Virus record (IMG/VR): IMGVR_UViG_3300008114_000040
Span: 25,568-89,567 of that record
Direction: 5' to 3' (one strand)
Length of the DNA stretch: 64,000 bases
Source of the DNA: a virus
Shown: positions 31,084 through 40,244 of the stretch, in pieces
How the letters are laid out: each line of letters opens with the position of its first letter
Position numbering within the stretch: position 1 is the first letter of the stretch
Made by a program: the position numbers and the translations under genes
Notes under the pieces: model-generated
Database searches by the model: none
Seen by the model: the letters and a program-made list of their open reading frames with translations, nothing else
What the model was told of the DNA's origin: nothing

Positions 31084-34000
31084 TACTTAAATGTTTTTTT
31101 AAGATTAAATTTATCGTCGGTACTATTTACGGATGAGTTTAAATTTTTAAGATTTTGTTCACTTGTAGGGGTAATTGGTACTTGTGTTGCAAAATCTAAA
31201 ATTCTTTTTTTATCTTTGTTATAAGGGTTGTAGTTTGTAAATTTATTATTATAATATTCATCAAAAAACTTTTTGAATCTTTTATCAACTTCATCTTTTT
31301 GTTTTTTAAATTGTGAGTATATTTGTTGGTCTGACGTTTGTGTGTTTGTATTTAAATCGTATCCCAAGTTTGACGCTATAAAACTTTTCCATGGTTGTTT
31401 ATCTTCCGTATTAAGTGTTGACACTATTGTATCAATAAATTTACCGATATCTGTAATAACGTCAATACCAAAAACCATATTAAATCTTTTTTCGTAAACG
31501 CTATCACCAATCAACAAGTCAAAAGAAAAATTATTTTTCCATGTAGTAGATTCAGAAGTTGTAATAATCTGGTACTCTTCAAGTTTTGTTATAAATTGAT
31601 TCATATCATCGGCGATTTTTAAATAATCACCTTGAAGTTCTATTAGTGTATTTGGGTATGATGTGTCGGATACGTCAACCTGCGTCGTTCCGGATGTGTT
31701 ATATATAATTGGATTACCTTTTTTATTTATAAAACCATCGGTTGCATTTGTTACAAAATTTAGTTTGTCGGTTATACTAACTAAATTTAGTTCTTCTTGG
31801 GTTATTGAATTATTGTTGTTATCAATATCTGAAAGGTATAATGTCTTTTTTTCATCAACCATTTTTTTAAGTTGTTTTTTAACTTTTGTTTTTTGTTGAT
31901 TTGTAAAATTTTGTGAGTTTAACCCACCCAATACTGGTATTTGACCTGAGTCAATATCGTCTTTAATTTTAGAAAATAACAAATCTATTTTATCTTGATA
32001 ATTGTTACTTTTACCATAAATTTTAACATCGTTAGTATAATATTTACCATTTTGGTACTTTCTATCCGTATTAATTACATACAACCCACCAAGTAAGTGT
32101 TTTTCATTCGTTTGTTTTAGAGTGTCATACACTTTTGAAGTGTATGTTTTTGTTAATTGAATAAAATCTTTCATTTTGGATTCATAAGAAATAGTACCTG
32201 TTTGAGTACCGTCTGATAATTCTTGTGATGTTTTTATATCCCCAATCGTATTACCAATTTCATTTGTTGGTTTTATTTGTGGGTTTGTTGGTGTATTTAA
32301 TTTTGCCGCCTCAAAAAACTCACTATCATATTTTTCATTTAATGGTTCAGTAACATCTGCTCGTTCGTCATACATTTCAGTGTTTGCGTAATAATTAAAT
32401 GATAAAGCGTTTTGTAGTTTTGAGATAGGTCCGGCTAAACCACTACCACCTATAAATTTAAATGAAAGTGTAATACTGGCAATCATTGGTTGGACACCAA
32501 TACCTTCTGGATTTAAGTCATAAAGTCCGTCTTTATCAAATTTAATTGACAAGCTATCTGGAACAATTTTAGTATGGTAAAAATCACCAATCCTTAACAC
32601 TAATACTGGTGGGGACCCAAACACACTGTTGAAAGCATCTTGATAATCTAAAGTCAAGCTACCTGATCCGGTTTGTTTTACAGTAGGTATGGTGTCACCC
32701 GGTCTAACGCATTGTTGTAAGAATGTAAGTCTAGCGTTTAAACCTTCTGGGGTTATTGAGTGGAATGCAGGTTGAAAATGTTTGAATCTTTTTTTAATTC
32801 CGTCATATATTACCGGACTATTTTCTTGTAACATTTGGAAATAGTTACATTCACTTAAAAGATTTCTTATTAATTTTTTGGTCATTCCAGCATAAAGTGG
32901 TGTGTCCTTAATTGTTGTTTCACTAAAATTGTTTGATTGTGGTGTGTTAGTTTCTGTGTTATCCACATCCGCAGCCAATATGTTTGGTATTTCACCTTCA
33001 GGTTTTTCTGGTTGTTCTTCTTTAGGTTTTTCCACTTGACTGACTTGTACGTCCGAAATTTTTACCCTTCTACAAGCCATCGCCTGAATTGAATAAGTAC
33101 CTTCTTCGTCTGGTCTTTCAAATTTTAAAGAACAATCAATTTCTTTTAATTTTTCGTCTTTTAGGTTTGTTGACGTGTCACCTTTTGGTTCTTCTTTAAT
33201 TGTTAAGGTTTTTTTATAATAATCTTCTAGTTTTTTACCATTAAATGTTTTGGCTAAAATGTATTTTTTAACCGACTCAATTCTTCTTTTAGAAAGTGAC
33301 GAATTTGATGCGGGATTGTTAGTTGAGCTTGCGGAACCTAGTAAACTAAATGTTACCTTTCCGCCGGAATCTAATACTTTTCCAATTTTACTTATAAAAT
33401 CATCAAGTACTGTTAGTGATTTTTCAACACTATTTTCAAAAAAATCAGTCAATGAACCATCTCTTGTGTCTATATATTCCTTTAAAGAAAAATCAGGTTC
33501 AGTGTTTGGTAAGGTTTGTGGGGTTATAGGTTTTAATCCAGGGTTTAAATTAGTTTTTGTATAAGCAAAAATTTTATCTTTACCATTTGACTGGTAATTT
33601 GTTTTGTTGTTTTTATATTCATTAAACCAATAAGCAAAATCATTGTCCGTATCTTTTTTAGGTAAGTCGTTTTCAAAGAACATAAAATATTCTTTATTTT
33701 TATCATTTAACTCATCTATTGTACTTTGTGTAGTATCCTCACTTGTTGTTTGACTCGGCGGTGTTTGTTTTAAAACTTTTTGTACGTCCTCTTTTGTTTT
33801 AACAAAATTAATAGCATCTTGAATGTCATTAGGTGAAAATTGAACAAACTTTTTGGACAAGTCATATAAATCATATTTTAAACAACCGGCAAAAAATGAA
33901 TCCATAATTTTGGTAACTTCGGATTCTGGTGTTACACTTTTTAACTCTTGATCAATTAATAAATTTGATATGGATGGATGATCCACCAATATTGTCCAAC

Positions 34001-35159
34001 TTATACTACCAGAACGTGATGTATTTTTATAAGTGTAAATTGGTTCTGGTCTACCGATAAAATTTACAGTTTCAAAATCCGGTTTGGACTCATCGGAGAA
34101 CGTTAAGTCATAAGGTGGAAACCACATTATCCTTCCCCCATTTGGTCCCTTCTCACATGCCGGTAAATCATCAACAGTAAAACCAGGTTTGTTTGATGTT
34201 CTCCATGCCAAATTCTCAAGTGAGAACATATATTTTTTAACACGACCATCAACAATATTTGTTGATTGACCGTTTTTATCATTCATCGGTGCAATGTTCA
34301 AATTGTAAGTGTTATCCAAAACAGAATAACCAAACTTCCTAATGTTGCCATCGGTTTTTTGTAACTGACCATACGTGTAGAATGGTGTGTCCTTTGTGAA
34401 TAATCTACAGTATTCAAGTCCTTCAAATTCTTTACCGCTAGTATCAATTGAATTTTTTGTTACATATTTAATAACTCGTGAACCTTTTGTGATTTCCATA
34501 TAACCATCATTAAACACTTTTGCAACTTGATTAATTGCGTTTCCAACATGTTCCAATTTTCTAACACCGTCTCTTGATCCGGCATCAACAATTTTTTGGG
34601 TTATATCAAGTAAAGAACCTTCTTTAAAATCATAATTTGTTGATTCGGAATCCGTAAATTGTTTTTTAATTTCAGATGAAAAAACAGATGAAGAATCAAA
34701 TTCTTGCCTACCTTGTCTTCCAGCTTTTCTTCCTGGAATAAAGAAACTTTTTTGTGTTGACCAACTAAAATTACTTGTAATTGCAACGTTGCCATCGTAA
34801 AAGTTTCTCGTATTTAATCCGAAAAATATTTTAGATATTGTGTCACCTTCATATTCTTTTGCAACATCAGAATACCCATAAACGGCCGAATCTAATGTTT
34901 TACCATTTTTATATTCCGGTAAATCTGTTACTGGTGAGATTATATCGGTAATTGAATTTTTTCTGGTACCGACATAAAAATTAGGTTTAGGTGAAAATAA
35001 ATTTGGGTTTGTTAATGAATTTAATCTATAATCTGGTCTAAACTCATTATAAAATAACTGACCCCACAATAAGTCTCTTGTTGCTGGTGAAGTAAAAGCT
35101 AAAAACAAATCAGAACCGCGTCTGATATTTTTTGATGTTATACTTCTAATCGCACCCAT
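31083..35159 (-). CDS. Tail tube initiator-like protein with inserted OmpA-like peptidoglycan-binding domain; probably the C-terminal part of a split gene
   Basis: FIGRPEPIYTYKNTSRSGSISW and PPVLVLRIGDFY tube-initiator motifs flank GSASS...NSSLSKRRIESVKKYI...RRV. Confidence 0.62.
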   Translation of the reverse strand: MGAIRSITSKNIRRGSDLFLAFTSPATRDLLWGQLFYNEFRPDYRLNSLTNPNLFSPKPNFYVGTRKNSITDIISPVTDLPEYKNGKTLDSAVYGYSDVAKEYEGDTISKIFFGLNTRNFYDGNVAITSNFSWSTQKSFFIPGRKAGRQGRQEFDSSSVFSSEIKKQFTDSESTNYDFKEGSLLDITQKIVDAGSRDGVRKLEHVGNAINQVAKVFNDGYMEITKGSRVIKYVTKNSIDTSGKEFEGLEYCRLFTKDTPFYTYGQLQKTDGNIRKFGYSVLDNTYNLNIAPMNDKNGQSTNIVDGRVKKYMFSLENLAWRTSNKPGFTVDDLPACEKGPNGGRIMWFPPYDLTFSDESKPDFETVNFIGRPEPIYTYKNTSRSGSISWTILVDHPSISNLLIDQELKSVTPESEVTKIMDSFFAGCLKYDLYDLSKKFVQFSPNDIQDAINFVKTKEDVQKVLKQTPPSQTTSEDTTQSTIDELNDKNKEYFMFFENDLPKKDTDNDFAYWFNEYKNNKTNYQSNGKDKIFAYTKTNLNPGLKPITPQTLPNTEPDFSLKEYIDTRDGSLTDFFENSVEKSLTVLDDFISKIGKVLDSGGKVTFSLLGSASSTNNPASNSSLSKRRIESVKKYILAKTFNGKKLEDYYKKTLTIKEEPKGDTSTNLKDEKLKEIDCSLKFERPDEEGTYSIQAMACRRVKISDVQVSQVEKPKEEQPEKPEGEIPNILAADVDNTETNTPQSNNFSETTIKDTPLYAGMTKKLIRNLLSECNYFQMLQENSPVIYDGIKKRFKHFQPAFHSITPEGLNARLTFLQQCVRPGDTIPTVKQTGSGSLTLDYQDAFNSVFGSPPVLVLRIGDFYHTKIVPDSLSIKFDKDGLYDLNPEGIGVQPMIASITLSFKFIGGSGLAGPISKLQNALSFNYYANTEMYDERADVTEPLNEKYDSEFFEAAKLNTPTNPQIKPTNEIGNTIGDIKTSQELSDGTQTGTISYESKMKDFIQLTKTYTSKVYDTLKQTNEKHLLGGLYVINTDRKYQNGKYYTNDVKIYGKSNNYQDKIDLLFSKIKDDIDSGQIPVLGGLNSQNFTNQQKTKVKKQLKKMVDEKKTLYLSDIDNNNNSITQEELNLVSITDKLNFVTNATDGFINKKGNPIIYNTSGTTQVDVSDTSYPNTLIELQGDYLKIADDMNQFITKLEEYQIITTSESTTWKNNFSFDLLIGDSVYEKRFNMVFGIDVITDIGKFIDTIVSTLNTEDKQPWKSFIASNLGYDLNTNTQTSDQQIYSQFKKQKDEVDKRFKKFFDEYYNNKFTNYNPYNKDKKRILDFATQVPITPTSEQNLKNLNSSVNSTDDKFNLKKTFK

Positions 35160-35170
35160 AACCGTATTTG

Positions 35171-36673
35171 TTACGAATAAAGTCCGGCAAGTTTACCGGC
35201 AAACCCTATTGCTTTACCAATAGCGGTATCTGGTGATGTTACTTTATAGTTTCTAATTAAAAGTGGAACATTACCACTAATAATACCCGCAGCATTAAAT
35301 GGGTCTGATTTTGGTTTAACTGATATTTCACCACTATCCGGATCTATACTTGATTCAAGGTTATTTACTCTACCTATTGTTTCGGATAGTAACTCAGAGG
35401 CAACCCTAAATTTAAATTCTTTTTGTAATTGTTTTGCACCGATATTCGCTAATGCCGAATCCTGTGATAAGGAACCGTTTGAACCAGACGGGTCGCTACT
35501 TGTTAATATACTTAATGGACTATACTCTGATGGTACAAAAACAAAAGATTGTGCTGAATTATAATACCTTTGACTAGTTGTTTGTATTTGTACATCGTCA
35601 ATGGTTAATACTTTATATGAACCATCACCTGGTACATATCTATTCACCACATATGCGTCGTGTTGTTCAATTAATCCATCTTTTTCTAATTGACTTCCAA
35701 TTGTGTCACTAAAATTGTACTCACCTTCGTTTGAACCCATAACCCTGTCGTTATTAATATTCCATCTTGTTGGACCATAATCATTGTTGTTGTCTGGTGT
35801 ATATTTGTTTTTAATCCTTAAATTGATTTCTTGTTGGGTTCCGAATTGTTCCAATAAATTGTTTTGTGTATCCGTAATTGAATAAAGTCCCTCACCTATC
35901 GTATTAATAACTAAATCATTATTAATCCAATAAACGGTTGAACCGAAATCATCACCGGGATTTTTATAAACATTTTTAATTTTGTTTAATATTTCATACT
36001 GATTTCCAAGTAGTTCCAATCTAGAACCAATAGTGTCAGTAATTGTATATTCGCCATTACCATTTGTAACAATATTAAGGTCATCATTAATTGACCACTT
36101 GGTTGACCCAAAATCATTAGTTTGTGGTTTGTATACATTTTTAACAATTAAATCAATTTCTTTTTGGTTTCCTATTTGTTCTAATTTTGAATTGATAGAA
36201 TTTGGATAACCGTAAAGTCCAAGGTTAGTATTAACTTGATATAATTTATTTATATTTACAGTATCACCATAAGATGTTCCAAACTGGGTAGGTCCATACA
36301 AATTTTTGATGTATAATAAACTTTCTTGTATGTTTCCATTTAGTTCAAGTTTGGATCCAAATGAATCAGAATAATCGTATTCACCAAAGTTTGTTTGAGT
36401 GTTTAAATTTAAATTTATGTTTACGGTATTACCATATGATGTTTTATCTTGTGGTCCGTATTTGTTAAGTGGATATAGTGAACTCTCTTGAATTTCTCCG
36501 ATTACTTCAACACTAGGACTATCAATAACTGAATAATCAACAATTTGATATTGATTTGGCGCAACAATATCATTTGATGTGAAACCATTTTCAACCTTGT
36601 AAGGTTTTAAATTTCTAACAAGTAGTTTCTTTCTAAAATTTTCTGTTGAGTCAAATGATAAAGGACTTTCCAT
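35171..36673 (-). CDS. Repeat-containing tail protein; probably the N-terminal part of a split gene
   Basis: 500 aa with ~55 aa repeats; follows tape measure gene; ends 11 nt before the next ORF in a shifted frame. Confidence 0.55.
   Translation of the reverse strand: MESPLSFDSTENFRKKLLVRNLKPYKVENGFTSNDIVAPNQYQIVDYSVIDSPSVEVIGEIQESSLYPLNKYGPQDKTSYGNTVNINLNLNTQTNFGEYDYSDSFGSKLELNGNIQESLLYIKNLYGPTQFGTSYGDTVNINKLYQVNTNLGLYGYPNSINSKLEQIGNQKEIDLIVKNVYKPQTNDFGSTKWSINDDLNIVTNGNGEYTITDTIGSRLELLGNQYEILNKIKNVYKNPGDDFGSTVYWINNDLVINTIGEGLYSITDTQNNLLEQFGTQQEINLRIKNKYTPDNNNDYGPTRWNINNDRVMGSNEGEYNFSDTIGSQLEKDGLIEQHDAYVVNRYVPGDGSYKVLTIDDVQIQTTSQRYYNSAQSFVFVPSEYSPLSILTSSDPSGSNGSLSQDSALANIGAKQLQKEFKFRVASELLSETIGRVNNLESSIDPDSGEISVKPKSDPFNAAGIISGNVPLLIRNYKVTSPDTAIGKAIGFAGKLAGLYS
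35620..36510 (-). repeat. About 5-6 degenerate ~55 aa tandem protein repeats
   Basis: Recurring G.Y...D..GS.LE..GN..E......N.Y.P....YG.T...IN pattern; boundaries approximate. Confidence 0.75.
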
Positions 36674-36711
36674 TTATTTCTTTTATTAATAAATAGACAA
36701 TTTCGTATTTT

Positions 36712-38655
36712 TTAACCGGTAGTTATTGCGTTGATTAATTTTTCGGAGTAACCTTTACTTAATCTTTCATTAACTGTCGCCATAATCGTGTTTTTAAGTT
36801 CTGGTGTGTCAATTATTTTGGTTAATAAGTCATTTGGTATGTTTGATTCTATTTTAAGGTTCACATCAGTTGAACCTTCTATTTTAAGAGTATTAATTTT
36901 TTCTTCTTTTTTTGTTTCAATTTTAGATATTTCATTTATATCTTTTTGTATTGTTTCGTTTAAAATTGGAGTTATCTCTTGTATTTTTTTTGTGTCTATT
37001 TCCACACCCAGATTATCTACTTTTTCTTTAATTTTTTCTGGTTCCATACCAGTATTTTCTAATAATTTTTTACTATCTTCTTTAATTTTTGAAACTGTTT
37101 TTTCTAAATCTTCTAACGCAACATCTGGTTTCCCTTTTAGTACATCAGCTAACACTATAACCGCACCTTCAATGGTTTTAAAACCAATTTTAGCTGTTTC
37201 TACAAATATATTTAAACCCTTATTAAGTTCTTCGCTTTTTAAAGCACCAACCAATGTATTATTTACTGTTTGAATTGTAGTAACGTATGCCTCCATTTCG
37301 GCACCAACAACTTTACCAATACCTTCTTTTAGTTTATCATAACCGAATTTTTCTTCTTCAGCTCGTATTTTATTCGCTTCAATAATTTGGTCTTTTAAAG
37401 AAAGTTCACCCCCTTTACTAACTAAAGCAGATCTAACACCTTGCAAAGAAATATCTCTTAATGAATTGTTTATATTATTTAATACACTTAGTTGGTCTAA
37501 AGCCACTTGTTTTGCATCTTTACCAGCATCTTCTTGAGCTTTTTCTAAAGCTTTCATTGCCTTTGAGTTATCTTTTAATTCGTTAACATCCAGTAATTGG
37601 TCAGTACCCGGAATTCTAACTTTAACCTCACCACCTTTACCAATTTCAGCAAAAGCACCAATTAAATTTTTTTGTTCTTCTGTAAAACCTTCAGTATTTA
37701 TTCTTGAAAATATTTCTTGTTCTTTTTTGAATTTTATGGCTGATTTCATATAGTCGTCAGCTGATATACCCATAGCAGTTGCAGTTTCTTTCATATTTCT
37801 TCTCATTTCTGGAGAAATACTAAACTCACCTGTTGTTTTGTTAAAATCAACCATAGACGCTGACGCTTTACCTATTTGATTTTGTAATTCTCCAACATCA
37901 CTTTGCGCCAAATTAATTAATTGAAATGGATCACCTAATGCTCCGATATTACCACCTAACATTTGAATTGAAGATGCCATCTCAATCGCACCTTCCGGAT
38001 CAAAAGCTTTTTCTGCGGCGTTTTGAGCCATTTCCATACTAATACCAAGTCTTTGGGCTTGTGCTGCCATTTTTGTTAAACCATCAATACCATCTTTAAA
38101 ACCATACGCTTGAGCTTTAAATATGTTTTCAGAAACCGTTTTGGTTAGTTTACCAGCATCAATACCATACTTTCTAGCGGTATCAAAAGTTTTTGTAAGT
38201 TTTTCGGTTGCTACATCTTGAGATAATCCCATACTGGCAAAACTACCATACATCTTACCCATTTCAGCAGCGGATACACCCATCGCTTTACCCAAAATGA
38301 TGGCTTGTTCTGTATTTTTTTCACTTAGTGGTACAACACGACCTAGTTCTCCGGCCATTGAAGATAGAAAGTCGGCAGTATCTTTATATTGAAATCCAAG
38401 TTCAATATTTTTTTCATACAATCCAACAATTAAATTTTCAAGTACTTTTACGTTTCCGGTAAATTGATTAGATATTGATGCGTTAGCTTTTTTAGCATCT
38501 TCTTCTAATTTCAAAAAAAACTTCTCAGTGATTCTAGGGTCTAAAGCTGATTTAATAGCTTCCCCCATTTTGGTAATAAATTCAGTACTCCCAATAACAT
38601 TTGAAAAATTCAATGGATCTGATTCGGGGGTTTCATTCACTGTCTGCCAAAACAT
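36712..38655 (-). CDS. Tape measure protein
   Basis: 647 aa, helical, Ala/Gly/Met rich (GIDGLTKMAAQAQRLG); downstream of tube and chaperone genes. Confidence 0.78.
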   Translation of the reverse strand: MFWQTVNETPESDPLNFSNVIGSTEFITKMGEAIKSALDPRITEKFFLKLEEDAKKANASISNQFTGNVKVLENLIVGLYEKNIELGFQYKDTADFLSSMAGELGRVVPLSEKNTEQAIILGKAMGVSAAEMGKMYGSFASMGLSQDVATEKLTKTFDTARKYGIDAGKLTKTVSENIFKAQAYGFKDGIDGLTKMAAQAQRLGISMEMAQNAAEKAFDPEGAIEMASSIQMLGGNIGALGDPFQLINLAQSDVGELQNQIGKASASMVDFNKTTGEFSISPEMRRNMKETATAMGISADDYMKSAIKFKKEQEIFSRINTEGFTEEQKNLIGAFAEIGKGGEVKVRIPGTDQLLDVNELKDNSKAMKALEKAQEDAGKDAKQVALDQLSVLNNINNSLRDISLQGVRSALVSKGGELSLKDQIIEANKIRAEEEKFGYDKLKEGIGKVVGAEMEAYVTTIQTVNNTLVGALKSEELNKGLNIFVETAKIGFKTIEGAVIVLADVLKGKPDVALEDLEKTVSKIKEDSKKLLENTGMEPEKIKEKVDNLGVEIDTKKIQEITPILNETIQKDINEISKIETKKEEKINTLKIEGSTDVNLKIESNIPNDLLTKIIDTPELKNTIMATVNERLSKGYSEKLINAITTG

Positions 38656-38681
38656 AAGTTTTTTTTAAATAAATATGATAT

Positions 38682-38837
38682 TTATTGTTTTTCCAAATCT
38701 TTGATTAATTTTTCAACAAAATACTTTCTCTCATATACTGGCATATTGAGTAAATCTGAATAGGTAAAGTTGGCTATTTTAACCAAATAATAAATTTCGT
38801 CTAATTGACTTGTCTTATAGTTAGAAGAAAGGCCGAA
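38682..38837 (-). CDS. gp51/gpT-like chaperone extension in the +1 frame (not in the ORF track)
   Basis: FGLSSNYKTSQLDEIYYLVKIANFTYSDLLNMPVYERKYFVEKLIKDLEKQ*; frame open from the slippery T-run; first ATG only 20 codons before the stop. Confidence 0.7.
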   Translation of the reverse strand, partial: FGLSSNYKTSQLDEIYYLVKIANFTYSDLLNMPVYERKYFVEKLIKDLEKQ

Positions 38838-39573
38838 AAAATTCTACCCCAAAAGTGATGTTAACAATCACTTCTTCTCCAGACGGGGTCATAATTTTTC
38901 TTTCAAGATCTAGTTTAGGTTCGCATTCGTTCATAAAACTACGAATAAGTTTGGAGTCAGATATCGGTAATTGATTAACAAATTGTGCAATTTTTAATCT
39001 ATCGTTGGTTCCGTTTAATTCTACAATTTGTTTTTCCAAACGTTTAGTAATTACCGGAGCCACCATGCCTTGTGGGTATTGGTCAGTTAATTTATCTATT
39101 TCCCTTTGTTCACCAATATTTAATAGTTTTAATTTTACATCCGTATTACTTTTAGGTAGTTTCAAACTAAAATAACCATTTTCATCTGGTGTATGTTTTG
39201 GTTGAAGGTAGTTAATTTCATCTAATAATAATGTCGCATCAAACTTTTTACCGGTTGCCGGATCTGTGATTGTAAAATTATATTCAGGTCCAAACGCGGT
39301 GTTTCTTAAAAAAATCAAAACGGCTTGTACGTCCGTATCAATCATTTCATCAATTAAAAATCCAGGTTCATATATTTTTTGTCTCAATAATGAAAAAATT
39401 ATTCCATCTCTACTAACGTTTGGTGCCATTAATATGTTTTCATCATTGGCGGTTAAATACCCAACCTTAACGGCTTCTTTTTTTGTTTTATAAAAAATAC
39501 CCTTTGAAGGTAAACTTATAACGTCGTGAGGTAGCGAAAAATTATCTTGTCCATATTTTACTTCATCTTCCAT
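38821..39573 (-). CDS. Baseplate hub / tail assembly chaperone (T4 gp26-like)
   Basis: LPSKGIFY...YLTANDENIL...LIFLRNTAFG..Y; internal duplication (LPKSN..VKLKLL); ends GVEFFRPFF; between tube and tape measure genes. Confidence 0.75.
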   Translation of the reverse strand: MEDEVKYGQDNFSLPHDVISLPSKGIFYKTKKEAVKVGYLTANDENILMAPNVSRDGIIFSLLRQKIYEPGFLIDEMIDTDVQAVLIFLRNTAFGPEYNFTITDPATGKKFDATLLLDEINYLQPKHTPDENGYFSLKLPKSNTDVKLKLLNIGEQREIDKLTDQYPQGMVAPVITKRLEKQIVELNGTNDRLKIAQFVNQLPISDSKLIRSFMNECEPKLDLERKIMTPSGEEVIVNITFGVEFFRPFF

Positions 39574-39618
39574 AATACTTTTTGTTTAAAACATAATACC
39601 AACATATTCAATGTAAAC

Positions 39619-39643
39619 AAAAAACCCACCAATGAGGTGGGTT
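39619..39643 (-). terminator. Rho-independent terminator after the tail tube gene
   Basis: AACCCACC/GGTGGGTT stem, 5 nt loop, T tract on the minus strand. Confidence 0.75.
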
Positions 39644-39670
39644 AAATTATAACATATGAAAAAAACTATC

Positions 39671-40159
39671 TTAGTAAACTAAAATACATCTATCTGGTTG
39701 AATTGTCATATCAATATTGGCCAAATCATCACCAGTGTAACCTAAGTCACCAAATCCAGCAGAAGTTATCTGACAACCAACTAAAATCCATTTTTCAACA
39801 GCAACACCTGTTGGGTCCAACATTTCAAGATCAACATTCTTTTTGTAACCCGCAGCATAACCCATACGTCCAGTTACAGATTCGGCGTGTAAACGAACCC
39901 ATTCCATAACAGCTTGTGCCGCTGATGGTCCGATCGGATCTCTTAATTTCACTGTAATTGGGTCCCATTTAAATTGACCAGCAACATAAGTTTCAGTGTT
40001 TAAGAACTTAATCTCTTTTGATCCTATTGTAATTTTTGGTCTACTTGCACTTTCTACGTACCACGAATTGATACCTAAAGAAGAATCAAAACTCAATATA
40101 AACCTATTTTTTCTTTTCGGTTCGTATTGTATGGGCATTTTCATTAATAAATCCGCCAT
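39671..40159 (-). CDS. Tail tube protein (T4 gp19-like)
   Basis: YEPKRKNRF, SASRP, WDPITVKLRD, VMEW, YKK, WILVGC, FGDLGY. Confidence 0.85.
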   Translation of the reverse strand: MADLLMKMPIQYEPKRKNRFILSFDSSLGINSWYVESASRPKITIGSKEIKFLNTETYVAGQFKWDPITVKLRDPIGPSAAQAVMEWVRLHAESVTGRMGYAAGYKKNVDLEMLDPTGVAVEKWILVGCQITSAGFGDLGYTGDDLANIDMTIQPDRCILVY

Positions 40160-40244
40160 TTTCTTGTTTTTTTAAATATTTATGTTTATATTTGTAAATT
40201 ATACAATTCACATTACTCATAAATATATTGTAAAGTAAAAAAAA

